A stretch of 64,000 bases of DNA from Armatimonadota bacterium (GTDB lineage: Bacteria; Armatimonadota; SYMT01), in NCBI GenBank assembly GCA_046292385.1, contig JBKBRF010000022.1:32001-96000 (forward strand), in the 5' to 3' direction. This document shows positions 8,973 through 18,807 of the stretch, piece after piece; the first letter of the stretch is position 1, and each line of letters begins with the position of its first letter. The position numbers and the translations under genes are program-made. Below the pieces are notes generated by a model. The model was not told the origin of the DNA and searched no databases. It worked only from the letters and a program-made list of their open reading frames with translations.

Positions 8973-9995
8973 CTACGGCTTCTGATCCCCTTCCGGGAGC
9001 AGGAACTGCGGCTCCTTCGCCGCCCCCTTGGGCTGGAGCGGCGGGGTCTCAATCCTCGGCAGAGACACCCCCTGCGGCTGCGCCGGCTGCCGGCGCTGGG
9101 GTGCGTCCGTCCGCGGGGCCGGGTGCCGCGCGCTCTCCGCGTGCGCGTCCCCCGCTACGTGCCCCGTCAGGATCGACTCCCGGACCTGCGACATCACGTC
9201 GGCCAGTCCGCCCGGCGTGTGCGGGATCATCACGGTGTTGGTGCGGCTGCTGCCGCCCACTTCCTTCAGCATGTCGAAGTACTGCGTGAGCAGGATGAGC
9301 TGCATTACGTCGGCCGGCGTCGCGCCCGGCACGCCCGCCTGGAAGCTCTCCACGCTCTCCCGAAGTCCTTCGACGATCGCTTTCCGCTGGCCCGCGATCC
9401 CCTGGCCGTGCAGGATCGTCGACTCCGCGGAGCCCTGCGCCTGCTTCACTTTCAGGATGCGCTCCGCCTCGCCGCGCTCCTCCGCCGCCTTCCGCAGGCG
9501 AGTGGCGGCGTTGATCTCGTTCATCGCGTCCTTGACCTTGGCATCCGGGTTGATGTCGTTCACCAGCGCGCGGACGATGCCGTAGCCGTACTGGGTCATC
9601 GTCTCCTGCAGGTTCTGCTTCACGGCGGTGGCGATCTCGTCCTTGTTCTGGAACACCTCGTCCAGCGGCATCCCCGGCACGGCGGAGCGGACCTCGTCGA
9701 AGATGTACGACTCGATCTGCGTGATCGGGTCGGCCAACTCGTAGAACGCCTCCTTCACCCGCTCCGGGATCACGTAGTACTGCACCGCGATCAGCAGGTG
9801 CACGAAGACGTCGTCCTTCGTCTTCGTCTCCACGTTCACCTGCAGCTCCTGCACCTTGAGCGAGACGCGCCCCGCCACGCTCTGCCACGGCAGCACCAGG
9901 TAGGTGCCGGCGTGCAGCACCTTCTCGAACCGTCCCCACGACTCGACCACGGCCGCGGTCTTCTGCCTCACGACGATGAAGTATGGAATCAACAT
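8973..9995 (-). CDS. SPFH/band-7 domain protein
   Basis: VETKTKDDVFV, IESYIFDEVRSAVP, AMNEINAA, LLTQYFDMLKEVG. Confidence 0.92.
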   Translation of the reverse strand: MLIPYFIVVRQKTAAVVESWGRFEKVLHAGTYLVLPWQSVAGRVSLKVQELQVNVETKTKDDVFVHLLIAVQYYVIPERVKEAFYELADPITQIESYIFDEVRSAVPGMPLDEVFQNKDEIATAVKQNLQETMTQYGYGIVRALVNDINPDAKVKDAMNEINAATRLRKAAEERGEAERILKVKQAQGSAESTILHGQGIAGQRKAIVEGLRESVESFQAGVPGATPADVMQLILLTQYFDMLKEVGGSSRTNTVMIPHTPGGLADVMSQVRESILTGHVAGDAHAESARHPAPRTDAPQRRQPAQPQGVSLPRIETPPLQPKGAAKEPQFLLPEGDQKP

Positions 9996-10159
9996 GGCTC
10001 CGCTCTCTCCTCTTCCGGTGTCACTTTGGGTCCAGGTTCCGCTTCGGCCCCGCCGCGGCCTCTCTCGGCCTCCACTCCACGAAACGCGGGAAACACGCGC
10101 CGGTTGCGGTACCGGGATGCCCCCGGCGACTTCGCGTGCGGCTCGGGTAGAATGCCGGT

Positions 10160-11680
10160 ATGCCCCTGGGAACGGTGAGCGTGGTCTACGGGCCGCGGTG
10201 CGAGGTGATGGACGGCGGCGTCGCCCTCCCCTGCCTGCTGCGCGGCCGGCTGAAGCTGGCGGCGGGCTCGCTGGCGGTTGGGGACCGGGTGGAGTACCGG
10301 CGGGTCGATGAATGCACCGGCGTGGTAGAGCGCGTGCTGGAGCGGCGGAACCAGCTGGCGCGCCCCGCGCGGGAGCGGACCCGCCGCCGGGGCGCCGGCC
10401 CGGCCCCGGAGCAGGTGGTGCTCGCCAACCCGGACCAGGTGGTCTTCGTCGCCGCCGCGCGCGACCCCGGGATCCACTTCGAGCTGATGGACCGCGCGCT
10501 GGCGCTCGCCCGCGCCTCCCGCCTGCCGGCGGCGATCTGCGTCAACAAGATCGACCTGGCGCCGCGCGGCGAGATCGAGCGCCTGATGCGCCCGTACGAG
10601 CAGCTCGGCATCCCGGTGGTCTACACCAGCGCGGAGCAGCGCAGCGGCCTGGAGGCGCTCCGCCCCTACCTACAGGACCGCCTCTCGTTCTTCTGGGGCG
10701 GCTCCGGCGTGGGGAAGTCGAGCCTCATCCGCGCCCTCACCGGCGAGGAAGTGCGAGTCGGCCGGTGGCGCACCGACAACCCGCGCGGGCCGCACACCAC
10801 CAACGTTACCCGGCTCTACCCGCTGCCGTTCGGCGGGCTGATCGCCGACACGCCCGGCTTCGACTGGCTGGAGCTCGACACGGTCCAGGAGGACGAAGAC
10901 ACGCGCGTGGACGCGCTGCTCCCGGAGGCGGCGGATCACGCGCCGCTCTGCCGCTTCCCCGCCTGCTCCCACTGCGGAGAGCCGGACTGCGCGGTGATGG
11001 CGGCGGTCGTGGCGGGAGAGATCGACCGCGGCCGGTACGCGCGGTTCCGTGCGGAGATGGCGGAGACGCTGCCCACGCCGGACCTGCCGCTGGAGTTGTA
11101 TGCGGAAGGCGACGACCTGCTCTTCCGGATGCGGGAGGGCAATAGCTCGCTCTGGACCACCTTCCGCTTCTTCCACCTCTTCCAGCGGGAGCGTCCGGAG
11201 CGCGCGGGACTGCTGGGGGCGCTCGGCGCGCCGGCGGACGGTCGCGACCACTACTGGGCGGTCTTCCAGGAGAAATGGCTCGGCACCGAGAGCCGATCCG
11301 TGCTGCAGGCGAAGCTGACCTGGCTCTCCTCCGCGGTGAGCCCGCCGGAGCCGGGCGAGGAGGTGGTGCTGCGCGACCGCGGCATCGTCCGCGGAATCGG
11401 CCGCGTCCGAGAGCTCCGGCCGGCCGCCCACCCGTGGCGGCTCCGCCAGCCGCTGAAGGGCACCGCCATCTACGAGGCACGCGCGTTCTGGACCGACCTC
11501 AAACCGCCTGCCGGGGTGGAGCTTCCGGAAATCTCCGGAGAACTGCTCGTGCTCGGTTCAATCGACCGCTTCGAGGTGATCCCGGAGCTCGGAATGGGCG
11601 TGCTTACGCGGCAAGAGGCCGGCTGGGTGCTAGACTTTCTGGAGGTCGGCAGCGCGGAAGACGCCCTGGCCCACGGGTAA
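10160..11680 (+). CDS. rsgA: Ribosome small subunit-dependent GTPase A with ~200-aa C-terminal extension
   Basis: Circularly permuted G motifs NKID, GGSGVGKS, HTT, DTPG; Zn finger CRFPACSHCGEPDC. Confidence 0.88.
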   Translation: MPLGTVSVVYGPRCEVMDGGVALPCLLRGRLKLAAGSLAVGDRVEYRRVDECTGVVERVLERRNQLARPARERTRRRGAGPAPEQVVLANPDQVVFVAAARDPGIHFELMDRALALARASRLPAAICVNKIDLAPRGEIERLMRPYEQLGIPVVYTSAEQRSGLEALRPYLQDRLSFFWGGSGVGKSSLIRALTGEEVRVGRWRTDNPRGPHTTNVTRLYPLPFGGLIADTPGFDWLELDTVQEDEDTRVDALLPEAADHAPLCRFPACSHCGEPDCAVMAAVVAGEIDRGRYARFRAEMAETLPTPDLPLELYAEGDDLLFRMREGNSSLWTTFRFFHLFQRERPERAGLLGALGAPADGRDHYWAVFQEKWLGTESRSVLQAKLTWLSSAVSPPEPGEEVVLRDRGIVRGIGRVRELRPAAHPWRLRQPLKGTAIYEARAFWTDLKPPAGVELPEISGELLVLGSIDRFEVIPELGMGVLTRQEAGWVLDFLEVGSAEDALAHG

Positions 11681-11688
11681 CGAACCGT

Positions 11689-11775
11689 GTTGCAGGTTTG
11701 CAAGTTGTCAGGTTGGCAGGCTCACTGTCCCCGACGAGCGGGTTCGGAACCTGTAACTTGCAACCTGGCAACCTG
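11689..11775. repeat. Inverted pair of degenerate 7-8-mer arrays (TTGCAGG/CCTGCAA type)
   Basis: Left arm 11689-11720, right arm 11748-11775; same motif recurs at 28008-28094. Confidence 0.7.
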
Positions 11776-11799
11776 TTATTGGCTCGGAGTTGACGTCGA

Positions 11800-12477
11800 A
11801 TGCAGCATCTGATCGAAGGGCTTCACCAGTTCCGTACGGATATCTTCAGCTCGCAGCGGGAGCTGTTCGAGCGGCTCGCCCACGGGCAGCGGCCGGAAAC
11901 GCTGTTCATCACCTGTTCGGACTCCCGCGTGAACCCGAATCTGCTCACGCAGACCGGCCCGGGGGAGCTGTTCATCCTGAGAAATGCCGGAAACATCGTG
12001 CCGCCGGCCGGCGCGCCGGTGAGCGGCTCCGCGGCGACGATCGAGTACGCGGTGGAGGCGCTGGGCGTGCGAGACATCATCGTCTGCGGCCACTCACTCT
12101 GCGGCGCGATGGATGGCCTGCTCCGCCCGGAGCAGCTCGAGCGCCTGCCGTTGATGCAGGCCTGGCTCTCGCACGCGCGGAAGACCGGAGAGATCGTGCG
12201 GGAGAACTATCGCCACCTGTCCGGCGAGGCGCTGCTGATGGCGGCCATCGCGGAAAACGTGCTGGTGCAGCTGGAGCACCTCCGCAGCTATCCGGTGGTC
12301 TCCCAGGCGATCGATGAAGGGCGTCTCACCCTGCACGGCTGGGTCTACAAGTTCCAGACGGCGGAAGTCTTCGCCTACGACCCGGAGCAGGGGCAGTTCA
12401 CGCCGCTCGCCGCGTCACTCGGCTCCTCGCTCCCGGGCCTCGTCCCGAGCGCCCACCCTACCGGCCCCATCAGCTAA
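11800..12477 (+). CDS. Beta-class carbonic anhydrase
   Basis: CSDSR, RNAGNIVPP, CGHSLCGAM zinc ligands. Confidence 0.95.
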   Translation: MQHLIEGLHQFRTDIFSSQRELFERLAHGQRPETLFITCSDSRVNPNLLTQTGPGELFILRNAGNIVPPAGAPVSGSAATIEYAVEALGVRDIIVCGHSLCGAMDGLLRPEQLERLPLMQAWLSHARKTGEIVRENYRHLSGEALLMAAIAENVLVQLEHLRSYPVVSQAIDEGRLTLHGWVYKFQTAEVFAYDPEQGQFTPLAASLGSSLPGLVPSAHPTGPIS

Positions 12478-13773
12478 TCAGCGAGAGCGGGCCGTGAGCG
12501 CGCTGAAGACCTCCTCGACGCCGGCCGCCATGCGGGCCACGCTGAACCGGTCCAGGACCGCCTCGCGGCCGGCAGCGCCGAGAGCCCGCGCGCGGTCCGG
12601 GTCGAGGAGCAGCTCTTCGATCGCTTCGGCGAGGGAGAGGGGGTCATCCGGCTCGCACAGTACTCCCCCTCCGGTCTCCGCGATCAGCTCCGGGAACGCC
12701 GCATGACGCGGCTGCACCACCGGTACGCCGGCCGCCAGCGCTTCGAGCACGTAGAGGCCGAACGACTCTCCATAGGTGGCCGGCACGGAGAAGACAGAGA
12801 GCCCGCGCAGGAGCTCGATCTTCTCCTCCCGGCTCACGTTCGGGAGGAACCGCGTATCGGGAGCGAGCCCCTTCTCGGAGAGCCGGTCCTTCATCCGCTC
12901 GACGAACACCTCGTCCGCGGCGGTGCAGGCTCCCGCCACCCGGAGCTGAAGCCGCGGGACGCGGTCCCGCGCGCGGAGGAGCAGGTAGGCCTCCACGAGC
13001 GTCTCCAGCCCCTTGGCGGCGCACATCCGGGCGAGGTACCCGAGCACCGGCGGGTCGGGCCGGGTCGCGGCGGGCGTGTAACCGTCGAGCAGGATGCCGG
13101 GATAGACCGGATGCACCTTCTCCCGCGGCAGGCGAGCCCGGTCGCACATCAGGTCGCCGTAGTAGCGGCTCACCGGGAGGAACGCATTCACGTCCGCGGC
13201 GCGCTCCTGCACCGCGGCCCAGGAGGCGCTCCGCTCCGGCTCCGGGAGCGCGTCGAGGAAGGTGTCCTCTCCCTGCAGCAGGCAGACGATGGCGGCGCCG
13301 GTGCGCTCCTTTAGCCGCCGCGCCAGCCCGAGCAGCAGCGCGTTGGAGAGGCAGATGACGTCCGGCTTGCCTTCGGCCGCCATCCACTCGACCAGCCGCT
13401 CCACTTCCTTCGCCTGGTGGCCCTCTTCTCCGCGCAGCATGGAGAGCGTCAGCTCCCCCAGCTCCCGCGCGCTCGTCATGCCCGCCTTGCGGCCGGCGGC
13501 GCGGAGCAGCGCGGGCGAGTCGAAGAGACGGTCGAGCCAGCGCGGGGTCCGGCGGAAGAGCGACAGCTTCTGCTGCAGGTAGACGTTGATCCCGCCGAAC
13601 AGGACCGGCGTGCCCGCCGTGGCAGGCGGCTCGTCCAGCGCCAGCGGCAGGTACATCGGCACCAGCAGCGCGTCGTGCCCGCGCCGCCGCAGCTCCGAAA
13701 CGAGGGCGTTGTCCCGGATGCAGGTGCCGCAGTAGAAGCTGCCGGTGCCGGCAGTGAGCTGGACGATGCGCAT
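12478..13773 (-). CDS. Glycosyltransferase family 4 (GT-B)
   Basis: ESFGLYVLEALAAGVPVV (ExFG-x4-E motif); N-terminal YCGTC. Confidence 0.9.
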   Translation of the reverse strand: MRIVQLTAGTGSFYCGTCIRDNALVSELRRRGHDALLVPMYLPLALDEPPATAGTPVLFGGINVYLQQKLSLFRRTPRWLDRLFDSPALLRAAGRKAGMTSARELGELTLSMLRGEEGHQAKEVERLVEWMAAEGKPDVICLSNALLLGLARRLKERTGAAIVCLLQGEDTFLDALPEPERSASWAAVQERAADVNAFLPVSRYYGDLMCDRARLPREKVHPVYPGILLDGYTPAATRPDPPVLGYLARMCAAKGLETLVEAYLLLRARDRVPRLQLRVAGACTAADEVFVERMKDRLSEKGLAPDTRFLPNVSREEKIELLRGLSVFSVPATYGESFGLYVLEALAAGVPVVQPRHAAFPELIAETGGGVLCEPDDPLSLAEAIEELLLDPDRARALGAAGREAVLDRFSVARMAAGVEEVFSALTARSR

Positions 13774-14328
13774 TCAGTCCTCGGCGGCGGGAAGCGGCGG
13801 CAAGATCTCCAGCACCTCGGCCAGGGCGGCGCCGTCCGGCCGGGAGAGCACGTTGCGGCGGCCGTAAAGGGTCGCCGGCTCGAAGAGGCCCAGCGCCGCC
13901 GCGATCTCCGGGTTCGGCTCCACCGCGAAGAACCCGCTGGGACAGCTCCCGTGCTCGATCTGGTGGATCGCCAGGATCGTGCCCAGGGGACAGCGGCTCT
14001 CCAGGATGAGCGGACGCGCCGCCTCCGGAAACTGGTCGCAGTGGATCACGATGGCACCGTACTCCACCGCCCGCCCGCTGTCGCCGGTCACCAGCACGAC
14101 CTGCCGCATCAACGCGTCGCCTTCCAGCCGGCGCTCCAGCAGCCGCAGGGAGATTCGCTCACCGTGGAACCGCTCCAGGGTCGGCGTCATATCGCGATCG
14201 TGGACCAGCAGGCCCCGGTACGGCTGGGGCATCTCCGGCCCTTCCACCGGCCGCGCCTGCGGCAGCGGCTTGCCCGCGGCGCGATAGAACGCGTCGAGCG
14301 GGTAGAGCAGCGTGTTCACCGGCTCCAT
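13774..14328 (-). CDS. Chorismate pyruvate-lyase-like (UbiC/DUF98 fold) protein
   Basis: LLVHDRDMTPTLE, RQVVL, PLGTIL, YGRRN, EVLEILPP match the UbiC/UTRA-fold pattern; translationally coupled to neighbours. Confidence 0.65.
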   Translation of the reverse strand: MEPVNTLLYPLDAFYRAAGKPLPQARPVEGPEMPQPYRGLLVHDRDMTPTLERFHGERISLRLLERRLEGDALMRQVVLVTGDSGRAVEYGAIVIHCDQFPEAARPLILESRCPLGTILAIHQIEHGSCPSGFFAVEPNPEIAAALGLFEPATLYGRRNVLSRPDGAALAEVLEILPPLPAAED

Positions 14329-15686
14329 CAGGCGTAGCGGGCGTTCCGGTGCTGCGGAAGGAAGAATTCGTGAAGCAGGCGGTCGGCCTGCAGGAGGCCC
14401 TCACGGTTGAGGCGCAGCTCGTCGCCCTCGATCGAGAGGAAGCCCCAGTCCTGCAGCCGGGCCATCGGCTCGGCAAACTGCTCGGTGATCTCCGCGCCGA
14501 ACTTCTCCCGGAAGTAGCCGGCGTTCACGTGCCCCAGCTTGAACTGCAGGATCAGCTCGCGGATCAGCCGCTCCTCCGCAGTCGGCGTGAGCGCCCGGTA
14601 GATCGGGAGCCGTCCCGCGTCCAGCTCCGCCAGGTACGGCTCCCAGTTGTGCTGGTTCTGGAAGTGCGTTCCGCCCACGTGCGAGAACGAGGCCACGCCG
14701 AGCCCGATCAGGTCGGCGCCGCTCCAGAGGCAGTCGCGATAGAGGAACTGGGTCCGGCTCGGGTCCTTCACGGCGGTGTAGGCGCTCTTGACCGTGTAAC
14801 CGGCCCCTTCCAGCCGCTCGAAGGCATACTGCACCCAGGCGCGCTTCTTCGCCCAGTTCGCCACCGGCGCCACCTCCGCGCCCTGCTCCCTCATCTCCCG
14901 GAAGATGGTGGTGTTGTACGGGATCTCCATCTGGTAGATCGTCACGCTGTCCGGCGCGAGCTCCAGCGTCCGCGATACGGCGCGCTCCCAGCCCTCGTCG
15001 GTGTCCCCCATCATCCCGGCGATCAGGTCGATGTTCACCTGCGGGAAGTCGTTGTCGCGGATGAAGCCGTAGGCGCGGTCGATCTCCTTGGCGCCGTGCG
15101 CGCGTCCGTTCAGCTTCAGCGTGCGCTCGTCGAAGTGCTCCACACCGAGGGAGAGCCGCGTGACGCCCATCTCCCGCAGGAACTTGACCTTCGGCTCGCT
15201 GAGCGTGCCCGGCTCGCACTCGAACGTCACCTCTTCGGCCTCGTCCCACGACAGGAGCTGCTTCATCCCGTCGGTGAGGTAGGTGAGCTGTCGAGTGGAG
15301 AGATACGAGGGCGTGCCGCCCCCGAAGTAGATGAACTTCGGCTTCCGGCCGCCGAGGAACGGCTTCTCCACGTAGAGCGAGAGCTCCCGCAGCGCCGCGT
15401 CGAGGTAGCCCTGGATCTCGGAGGAGTTCTTGTCCGTGTAGACCCGGAAATAGCAGAAGTGGCAGCGGCGGCGGCAGAACGGAATATGGAGGTACTGGCC
15501 CAGGACGGTTCCCGGAGCCGGCTCCCGCTCCAGCGCCGCGCGGGCGTCGGCGGCCTGGTCGGTCGACCAGAACGAGTAAGGGGGGTAGTTGGAGACGAAA
15601 TAGTTGCCTACCCGCGTCTCTTCATCCGATTCGATCTGGATGAGCTGCCCGGCTCCGGTCGTGCTCGTCTGCGCCGCTGTCGACAT
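14328..15686 (-). CDS. HemN/HemW-like (coproporphyrinogen III oxidase family) radical SAM enzyme
   Basis: YLHIPFCRRRCHFC, YFGGGTPS, RLSLGV, VNIDLIAG. Confidence 0.9.
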   Translation of the reverse strand: MSTAAQTSTTGAGQLIQIESDEETRVGNYFVSNYPPYSFWSTDQAADARAALEREPAPGTVLGQYLHIPFCRRRCHFCYFRVYTDKNSSEIQGYLDAALRELSLYVEKPFLGGRKPKFIYFGGGTPSYLSTRQLTYLTDGMKQLLSWDEAEEVTFECEPGTLSEPKVKFLREMGVTRLSLGVEHFDERTLKLNGRAHGAKEIDRAYGFIRDNDFPQVNIDLIAGMMGDTDEGWERAVSRTLELAPDSVTIYQMEIPYNTTIFREMREQGAEVAPVANWAKKRAWVQYAFERLEGAGYTVKSAYTAVKDPSRTQFLYRDCLWSGADLIGLGVASFSHVGGTHFQNQHNWEPYLAELDAGRLPIYRALTPTAEERLIRELILQFKLGHVNAGYFREKFGAEITEQFAEPMARLQDWGFLSIEGDELRLNREGLLQADRLLHEFFLPQHRNARYA

Positions 15687-15728
15687 CGTGCTGGTCCTCT
15701 ATTCGTCCGCCGTCCTCGTGCCGGACCG

Positions 15729-16874
15729 CTACGCGCCGAACGCGTAGACGTAGCCGTCGTTCGCCCCGAAGATCGCCAGGCCGTCCGAAACCGCCGGCGA
15801 GCTCATCACCGGCTGGCCGACTTCGTACGACCACAGCTCCTTGCCGTCCGCCAGGTTAACCAGGTAGACGCGCCCGTCCTCCGAGCCGAAGATCACCTTC
15901 CCGTCCACCACCACCGGCGAGCTATCGACCTTGCCGCGCGTGCGGAAGGTCCAGATCCCCTTGCCGGTCTGGCGATCGATGCAGTGGAGCTGCTTGTCCC
16001 GGCCGCCGATCACGATCCGGCTGCCCACTACCGCCGGCGACGAGAAGTAGGGGAAGTTGCGGTCGCGGTAGGTCCAGAGCACCTTGCCGGCCTGCACGTC
16101 GGCGCAAAGCACCTGGTTGCCGTAGTGCCCCAGGTAAGCATACCGTCCGTCGACCGCCGCTGATCCGGCGATGTAGTCGCCGATCTCGACGTCGCGCACC
16201 CGCTTACCGGTCGCCAGGCTCACCACGTAGAGCTTGCCGTCGCAGCCGCCGAAGATCACCTGCCCGCTGCTGATCGCGGGGGTGCCGTTGACGTAGTTGT
16301 CGGTCTCGTGGGTCCAGACCGCCTTACCGGTCGCCGCATTCACGCAGTGCAGCCGGTTATCGTAGCTGCCCACCAGCACCCAGAGACCTTTACCGCCGGG
16401 GGCCGAAGCGACATTTGCCGCGCCGAGGATCTTGTCCTCGGTCTTGTACCGCCACGCCAGCTTGCCGGTAGCGGCGTTCAGCCCGTAGAGGTAGCCGTCG
16501 TCCGCGCCGATCACCACCACGCTGCCCGCCAGGCACGGCGCCGCTTCGATCTTGCCGCCGGTCTTGTACGACCAAAGCCGCTGACCGTTGCTCTGGCGCA
16601 GCGCGAAGACGGTGCCGTCGCCGCCGCCTACGAAGACCTTCCCGCCGGAGACCACCGCGGTAGCGGCCGGCTGGTTGCCGGTCTTGAACTTCCAGACCGG
16701 CCGGAGCTTGGCCGGAAGCTTTCCGGAGGCGAGGCCGAGCTGCCGGGCGCTCCCGCGGAAAAGCGGCCAGGCGGCACCCGCGGCGCTGGCGGTGCCCGCC
16801 AGCAGCAGGCCGAGCGTGACCCCCGCGAGGGCACGGCGGGTCAGGCGAGGAGGGATGTCGGGGCGTACTTCCAT
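15729..16874 (-). CDS. Secreted PQQ-binding-like (BamB-like) beta-propeller protein 1
   Basis: Signal peptide (LTRR..., AAAWPLFRG); repeated 'xLxAxTGKxxW' and SSP blades; start approximate. Confidence 0.88.
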   Translation of the reverse strand: MEVRPDIPPRLTRRALAGVTLGLLLAGTASAAGAAWPLFRGSARQLGLASGKLPAKLRPVWKFKTGNQPAATAVVSGGKVFVGGGDGTVFALRQSNGQRLWSYKTGGKIEAAPCLAGSVVVIGADDGYLYGLNAATGKLAWRYKTEDKILGAANVASAPGGKGLWVLVGSYDNRLHCVNAATGKAVWTHETDNYVNGTPAISSGQVIFGGCDGKLYVVSLATGKRVRDVEIGDYIAGSAAVDGRYAYLGHYGNQVLCADVQAGKVLWTYRDRNFPYFSSPAVVGSRIVIGGRDKQLHCIDRQTGKGIWTFRTRGKVDSSPVVVDGKVIFGSEDGRVYLVNLADGKELWSYEVGQPVMSSPAVSDGLAIFGANDGYVYAFGA

Positions 16875-16987
16875 GTTCGGGCTCCGTGGCAGATCACCAT
16901 GGTATACGCAAGTACCACGCAACTATGAGGCGAGGCCGGCGTGATGGTTTCGGAACGCCACGAAGACGCAGTACCCCGGGACGCGCT

Positions 16988-17116
16988 TCAGAGGCCGAGC
17001 TCGTCGACCGATTCGGCAAGCAGCGCCCGGTCGATCAGCTCGTCGCAGGCTCGTGAAAACGCCTCGTCGCGGGCTTCTTCCAGCCACTCGGTGATGATGC
17101 CGGCGTCTTTCAACAT
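16988..17116 (-). pseudogene. 42-aa ORF resembling the C-terminus of Rpn/DUF4351-type proteins
   Basis: MLKDAGIITEWLEEARDEAFSRACDELIDRALLAESVDELGL*; weak RBS. Confidence 0.35.
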
Positions 17117-17180
17117 GAGTAAGATCCGTCACGGGCGCGCTGCGCTTCGACGACGTTCCCCTCTCGGGAAACGGTGGCAA

Positions 17181-17539
17181 GTGTCGCACGCTGTAAAGTT
17201 ACGCCGCTGACGGCGCAGGCGGGACTTGCCGCCGTCCGGCGCTCCGGAGGGGCGCGAAATGCTCGGCCGCCTTCGATTTCCCACCCTAGTCATCCTGAAG
17301 GCACTGAAGGATCTACGTCGCCCCGTCTGCGCCGGAGCGGGAGGCTTGACGCACGGAAGGGCACCGGCAGCAGAGTCCGCGTCACCCGCCTGCGTACTCC
17401 GTTCCCTTCCGGCTGCCGAGATCCTTCACTGCGTTCAGGATGACTGGGATGTACGCCGGAGGCAGCCGTTCGTCTCTCCGGATAGAGCGGCAGAACCTAC
17501 GCCGCCCCCCGGGGGCACCAACTTTACAGCGCGCGACAC
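17181..17539. repeat. 20-bp inverted repeats enclosing REP-like doublet copy 2
   Basis: GTGTCGCACGCTGTAAAGTT (17181-17200) / AACTTTACAGCGCGCGACAC (17520-17539), 1 mismatch; inner REP arms at 17289-17319 and 17410-17444. Confidence 0.8.
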
Positions 17540-17634
17540 AAGCTCTCGCCCCCGCGTCAGCGGGGTCCAACACGAAATTCCCTCCACGCCGGGGTGATCC
17601 GAACTGTGCCTTTCAATGCAGCTCGACCGGCTGC

Positions 17635-18807
17635 TCAGACACCGGCTCCCGCTCCGAGGACGGCGCGATAGAGCGTTGCGAACTCTGCCGCTCCGATCTC
17701 GCGGGGGTTGAAGCGGGCAGTCCACTGCGCCGCCGCCTCCCCCGCGAGCAACTCGACGTCGACCTCTCCGGCCGGCACCGCCGAGGTCTCACTTCCGAGC
17801 CGGAGTAGCGCCTCGAGACGGCTGACCAGCCGCTCCACCGCCTCTTCGGCCGGCGCATCGGGGGCAGCGATGCCGGCGAGGACGGCCAGGTCTCGGTAGG
17901 TCTCGCGCGCCTGCGGCTCCGCCGCGTTGAACCGGACCACCTGCGGCAGCATGAGCCCGACGGCTATCCCGTGCACGGTGCCGTGGTGGGCGGTGAGCGG
18001 GTTCGCGGCGGAGTGCGCGGCGCCGAGCATGCTGTTCTCGATCGCGAGGCCGGCGTAGGCGGCGCCGAGTTGCATCCGCGCCCGGGACTCCAGGTCGTCC
18101 GGCTGCTCCAGCACTCGCTCGAGTGCCCCGGCCGTCAGCCGGAACGCCTCGCGGGCAAAGAGGACGGAGATCGCGTTCCGCTTGCGGGTGACGGCCGACT
18201 CGACCGCGTGCGCCACCGCATCGATGCCGGTGGCGTGGGTGACGTGCCGCGGCTGCGAGACGGTGAGCGTCGGATCGAGCAGAGCGATGCGGGCTGCCGC
18301 CTTGGGGTCCCCGCACGCCATCTTCTGGTGCGTCTCGTCGTCCGCGATCAGCGCGAACGACTGGCACTCGCTGCCGGTGCCGGCGGTAGTCGGCGCGGCG
18401 ATCAGCGGCAGCATCGGGCGGGTCGCCTTGCCCACGCCCCAGTAGTCGTGCATCCGGCCGCCGTTGGTGAGCAGGAAGTTGGCGCCGCGCGCCGTGTCGA
18501 TGCTGCTCCCGCCGCCGAGGCCCAGGAGCCCGTCGATCCGCTCGTCGCGGGCGAGGTCGCGGCACGCCTCCACGTCTCGCGCCGTGGGATTCTCCCGGAC
18601 CCGGTCGAAGAGCGCCAGCTCCACGCCAGCGGAGCGGAGGGCCGCGCCGGCCCGGTCCACGTGGCCGGCGGCGACGATCCCCGGGTCCGTGACCACCAGG
18701 ATGCGGGTAATGCCCAGCTCCCGCGCCAGCTCTCCGAGCCGCTCGATGCTGTTGTTACCGAAGACGAGGCGAGTGTGCGGCCGGAAATCGAAGCCGGAAG
18801 AGATCAT
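17635..18807 (-). CDS. Iron-containing alcohol dehydrogenase
   Basis: GLGGGSSID, PTTAGTGSE, DAVAHAVE, AHSAANP...HG metal ligands. Confidence 0.93.
   Translation of the reverse strand: MISSGFDFRPHTRLVFGNNSIERLGELARELGITRILVVTDPGIVAAGHVDRAGAALRSAGVELALFDRVRENPTARDVEACRDLARDERIDGLLGLGGGSSIDTARGANFLLTNGGRMHDYWGVGKATRPMLPLIAAPTTAGTGSECQSFALIADDETHQKMACGDPKAAARIALLDPTLTVSQPRHVTHATGIDAVAHAVESAVTRKRNAISVLFAREAFRLTAGALERVLEQPDDLESRARMQLGAAYAGLAIENSMLGAAHSAANPLTAHHGTVHGIAVGLMLPQVVRFNAAEPQARETYRDLAVLAGIAAPDAPAEEAVERLVSRLEALLRLGSETSAVPAGEVDVELLAGEAAAQWTARFNPREIGAAEFATLYRAVLGAGAGV

Noticed and set aside
14328..15686. Bona fide hemN
   Set aside because: Family motifs only; the context is not heme biosynthesis, so no symbol is given.
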